Shown: positions 62,653 to 64,000 of the stretch, piece after piece
Numbering within the stretch: position 1 is the stretch's first letter
Layout: every line of letters begins with the position of its first letter
Assembly (NCBI GenBank): GCA_964247055.1
Contig: OZ176053.1
Span: 7,502,001 to 7,566,000 of the forward strand
Source of the DNA: Paragordius varius
Lineage: Eukaryota; Animalia; Nematomorpha
DNA: 64,000 bases
Reading direction: 5' to 3'
Position numbers and translations under genes: made by a program
The notes under the pieces: generated by a model
What the model was told of the DNA's origin: nothing
Database searches by the model: none
Seen by the model: the letters and a program-made list of their open reading frames with translations, nothing else

Positions 62653-64000
62653 AAATTTACGGGAATTATATCAAACCATATATCATTATAATGGCCCAAA
62701 ACTTACATATTCTTTTAATTTTGTTTTAGTATATGTAGATATTTGTATAAAATTCATCTATTTTTATAATCATTAATAAATACGTGAACTGGCAGATAAG
62801 ATATGTGAATAACACAGTGCGTAGTCTTATTTTTACTGTTTTAACCAACGTAACATAGTTTACTACAAAAATTGCATGGTATCTAACGCTACTTGGTATA
62901 GCGTTTGTAGGGCAGGTAGGGCAAAAATTTTATTCCGTTTTTGCCGTGTAATTTGAAAAATAGTGTCCACTTTAGTATTTTTGAATTTTAAGATGCAAAT
63001 GACTAATTGAGTTTGATTGAGCTAAGTAAGGGTCGGTTGCTGCAAAAAAGCATTTAATACCTAGAAAATACATATTTAATAGCTATGTAACGAAAAAATT
63101 ATTAACATAACAATAAATTAATTTATTTGAAAGAAATAGTAAATTTAATAGAAATAAAAACCATTAATAACCATTATTGTACATCGTTTCAATTAGGAAT
63201 AAACCAAAAACTGTTAAACGTCAATAAAAGCCTTAAACATTTAATATGATAAAGTTTTTTAAAATAAACGTAATATATGGGTATAAAACATTACGACTAA
63301 TTAATTAATATAAAAAAGATATATTATTATTAATTTCAAATAGTTAATTTATTAAAGTTTTATAGTAACACACTATCTATCAAAGTATATTCGCATACAT
63401 AGAGTATTTATAAATATTTTCAACAATTTAATTAATAATATTTGTAGTGTGTTATTAAAAATATTTTATTAATATACTATATAAAATGGATCATTACTTT
63501 ATCAAAATATTCCTAAGGAAACCCCATATATCTAACAATTTTACCCAAAAAATAAAAGAGATAATACAAAATCATCCCAACAGCATTAAAGAAAAAATAA
63601 ATCACCTCGAAAAAATATGCAAGAAACTGACAAGGGTAAAATATTATTCAGGATGCACTTTTAATAGAAAATTTGAACAATTCTGTAGAAGATGAAAGTG
63701 AAATTAACTGCGCATCAAATACTTCATTGCCGACCAAGAAACCGCAAAAAATTCAAATTATTCTTACAAACCTTATTTGGAGCTGGAAATTATGTTAAAA
63801 ATAAATTCAACGAAAGAATTTTTGATAATTTATAAATTTTAATACTTGTAAAATTTGTATCTAATATATATCAAATAAATAATATCCCTTTTTATTTTTC
63901 CTTCAATATATTCGAAGATAATGATATTTCAGTAATCGAAATCATCATTTTTTCAATTTAAATTTATGTATTATCATTTAGCTATTTGGATATGTTATAA

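Noticed and set aside
63486-63695. 69-aa Lys/Ile-rich ORF downstream of TCERG1
   Set aside because: No recognisable homology or convincing splice context.
1-64000. tRNA, rRNA or snRNA genes
   Set aside because: None recognised by eye; tRNAscan-SE and Infernal/Rfam are needed to exclude them.

Overview
AT-rich animal (metazoan) genomic DNA with spliced genes; no prokaryotic features. Genes rebuilt by hand from splice sites and recalled family homology (no database was run): 3' end of EIF6 (+), a two-exon LZTS/N4BP3-like coiled-coil gene (-), TTF2/lodestar SNF2 helicase (+), ACP1 low-molecular-weight phosphotyrosine phosphatase (-), a GDPD5/GDE2-type membrane glycerophosphodiesterase (+), an SRCR-containing lysyl oxidase-like gene (-) and TCERG1 (+). 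Introns fall into two extremes. Many are only 22-31 nt and neighbouring genes sit 41-52 bp apart, while other introns and spacers are swollen by transposons (hAT, Helitron-like, TTAA-flanked piggyBac-type MITEs, RTE LINE scraps). Main leads: (1) a frame-enforced pair of mutually exclusive exons in the copper-binding region of the LOX catalytic domain; (2) the 9.8-kb ACP1 intron, which holds a young sense-strand hAT element whose splice acceptor would fuse ACP1 exons 1-4 in frame to the transposase; (3) a ~4.1-kb palindrome of a second decayed transposase in the same intron, resembling a Mu killer-like hairpin silencing locus; (4) ultra-short spliceosomal introns. The organism cannot be identified from the window.
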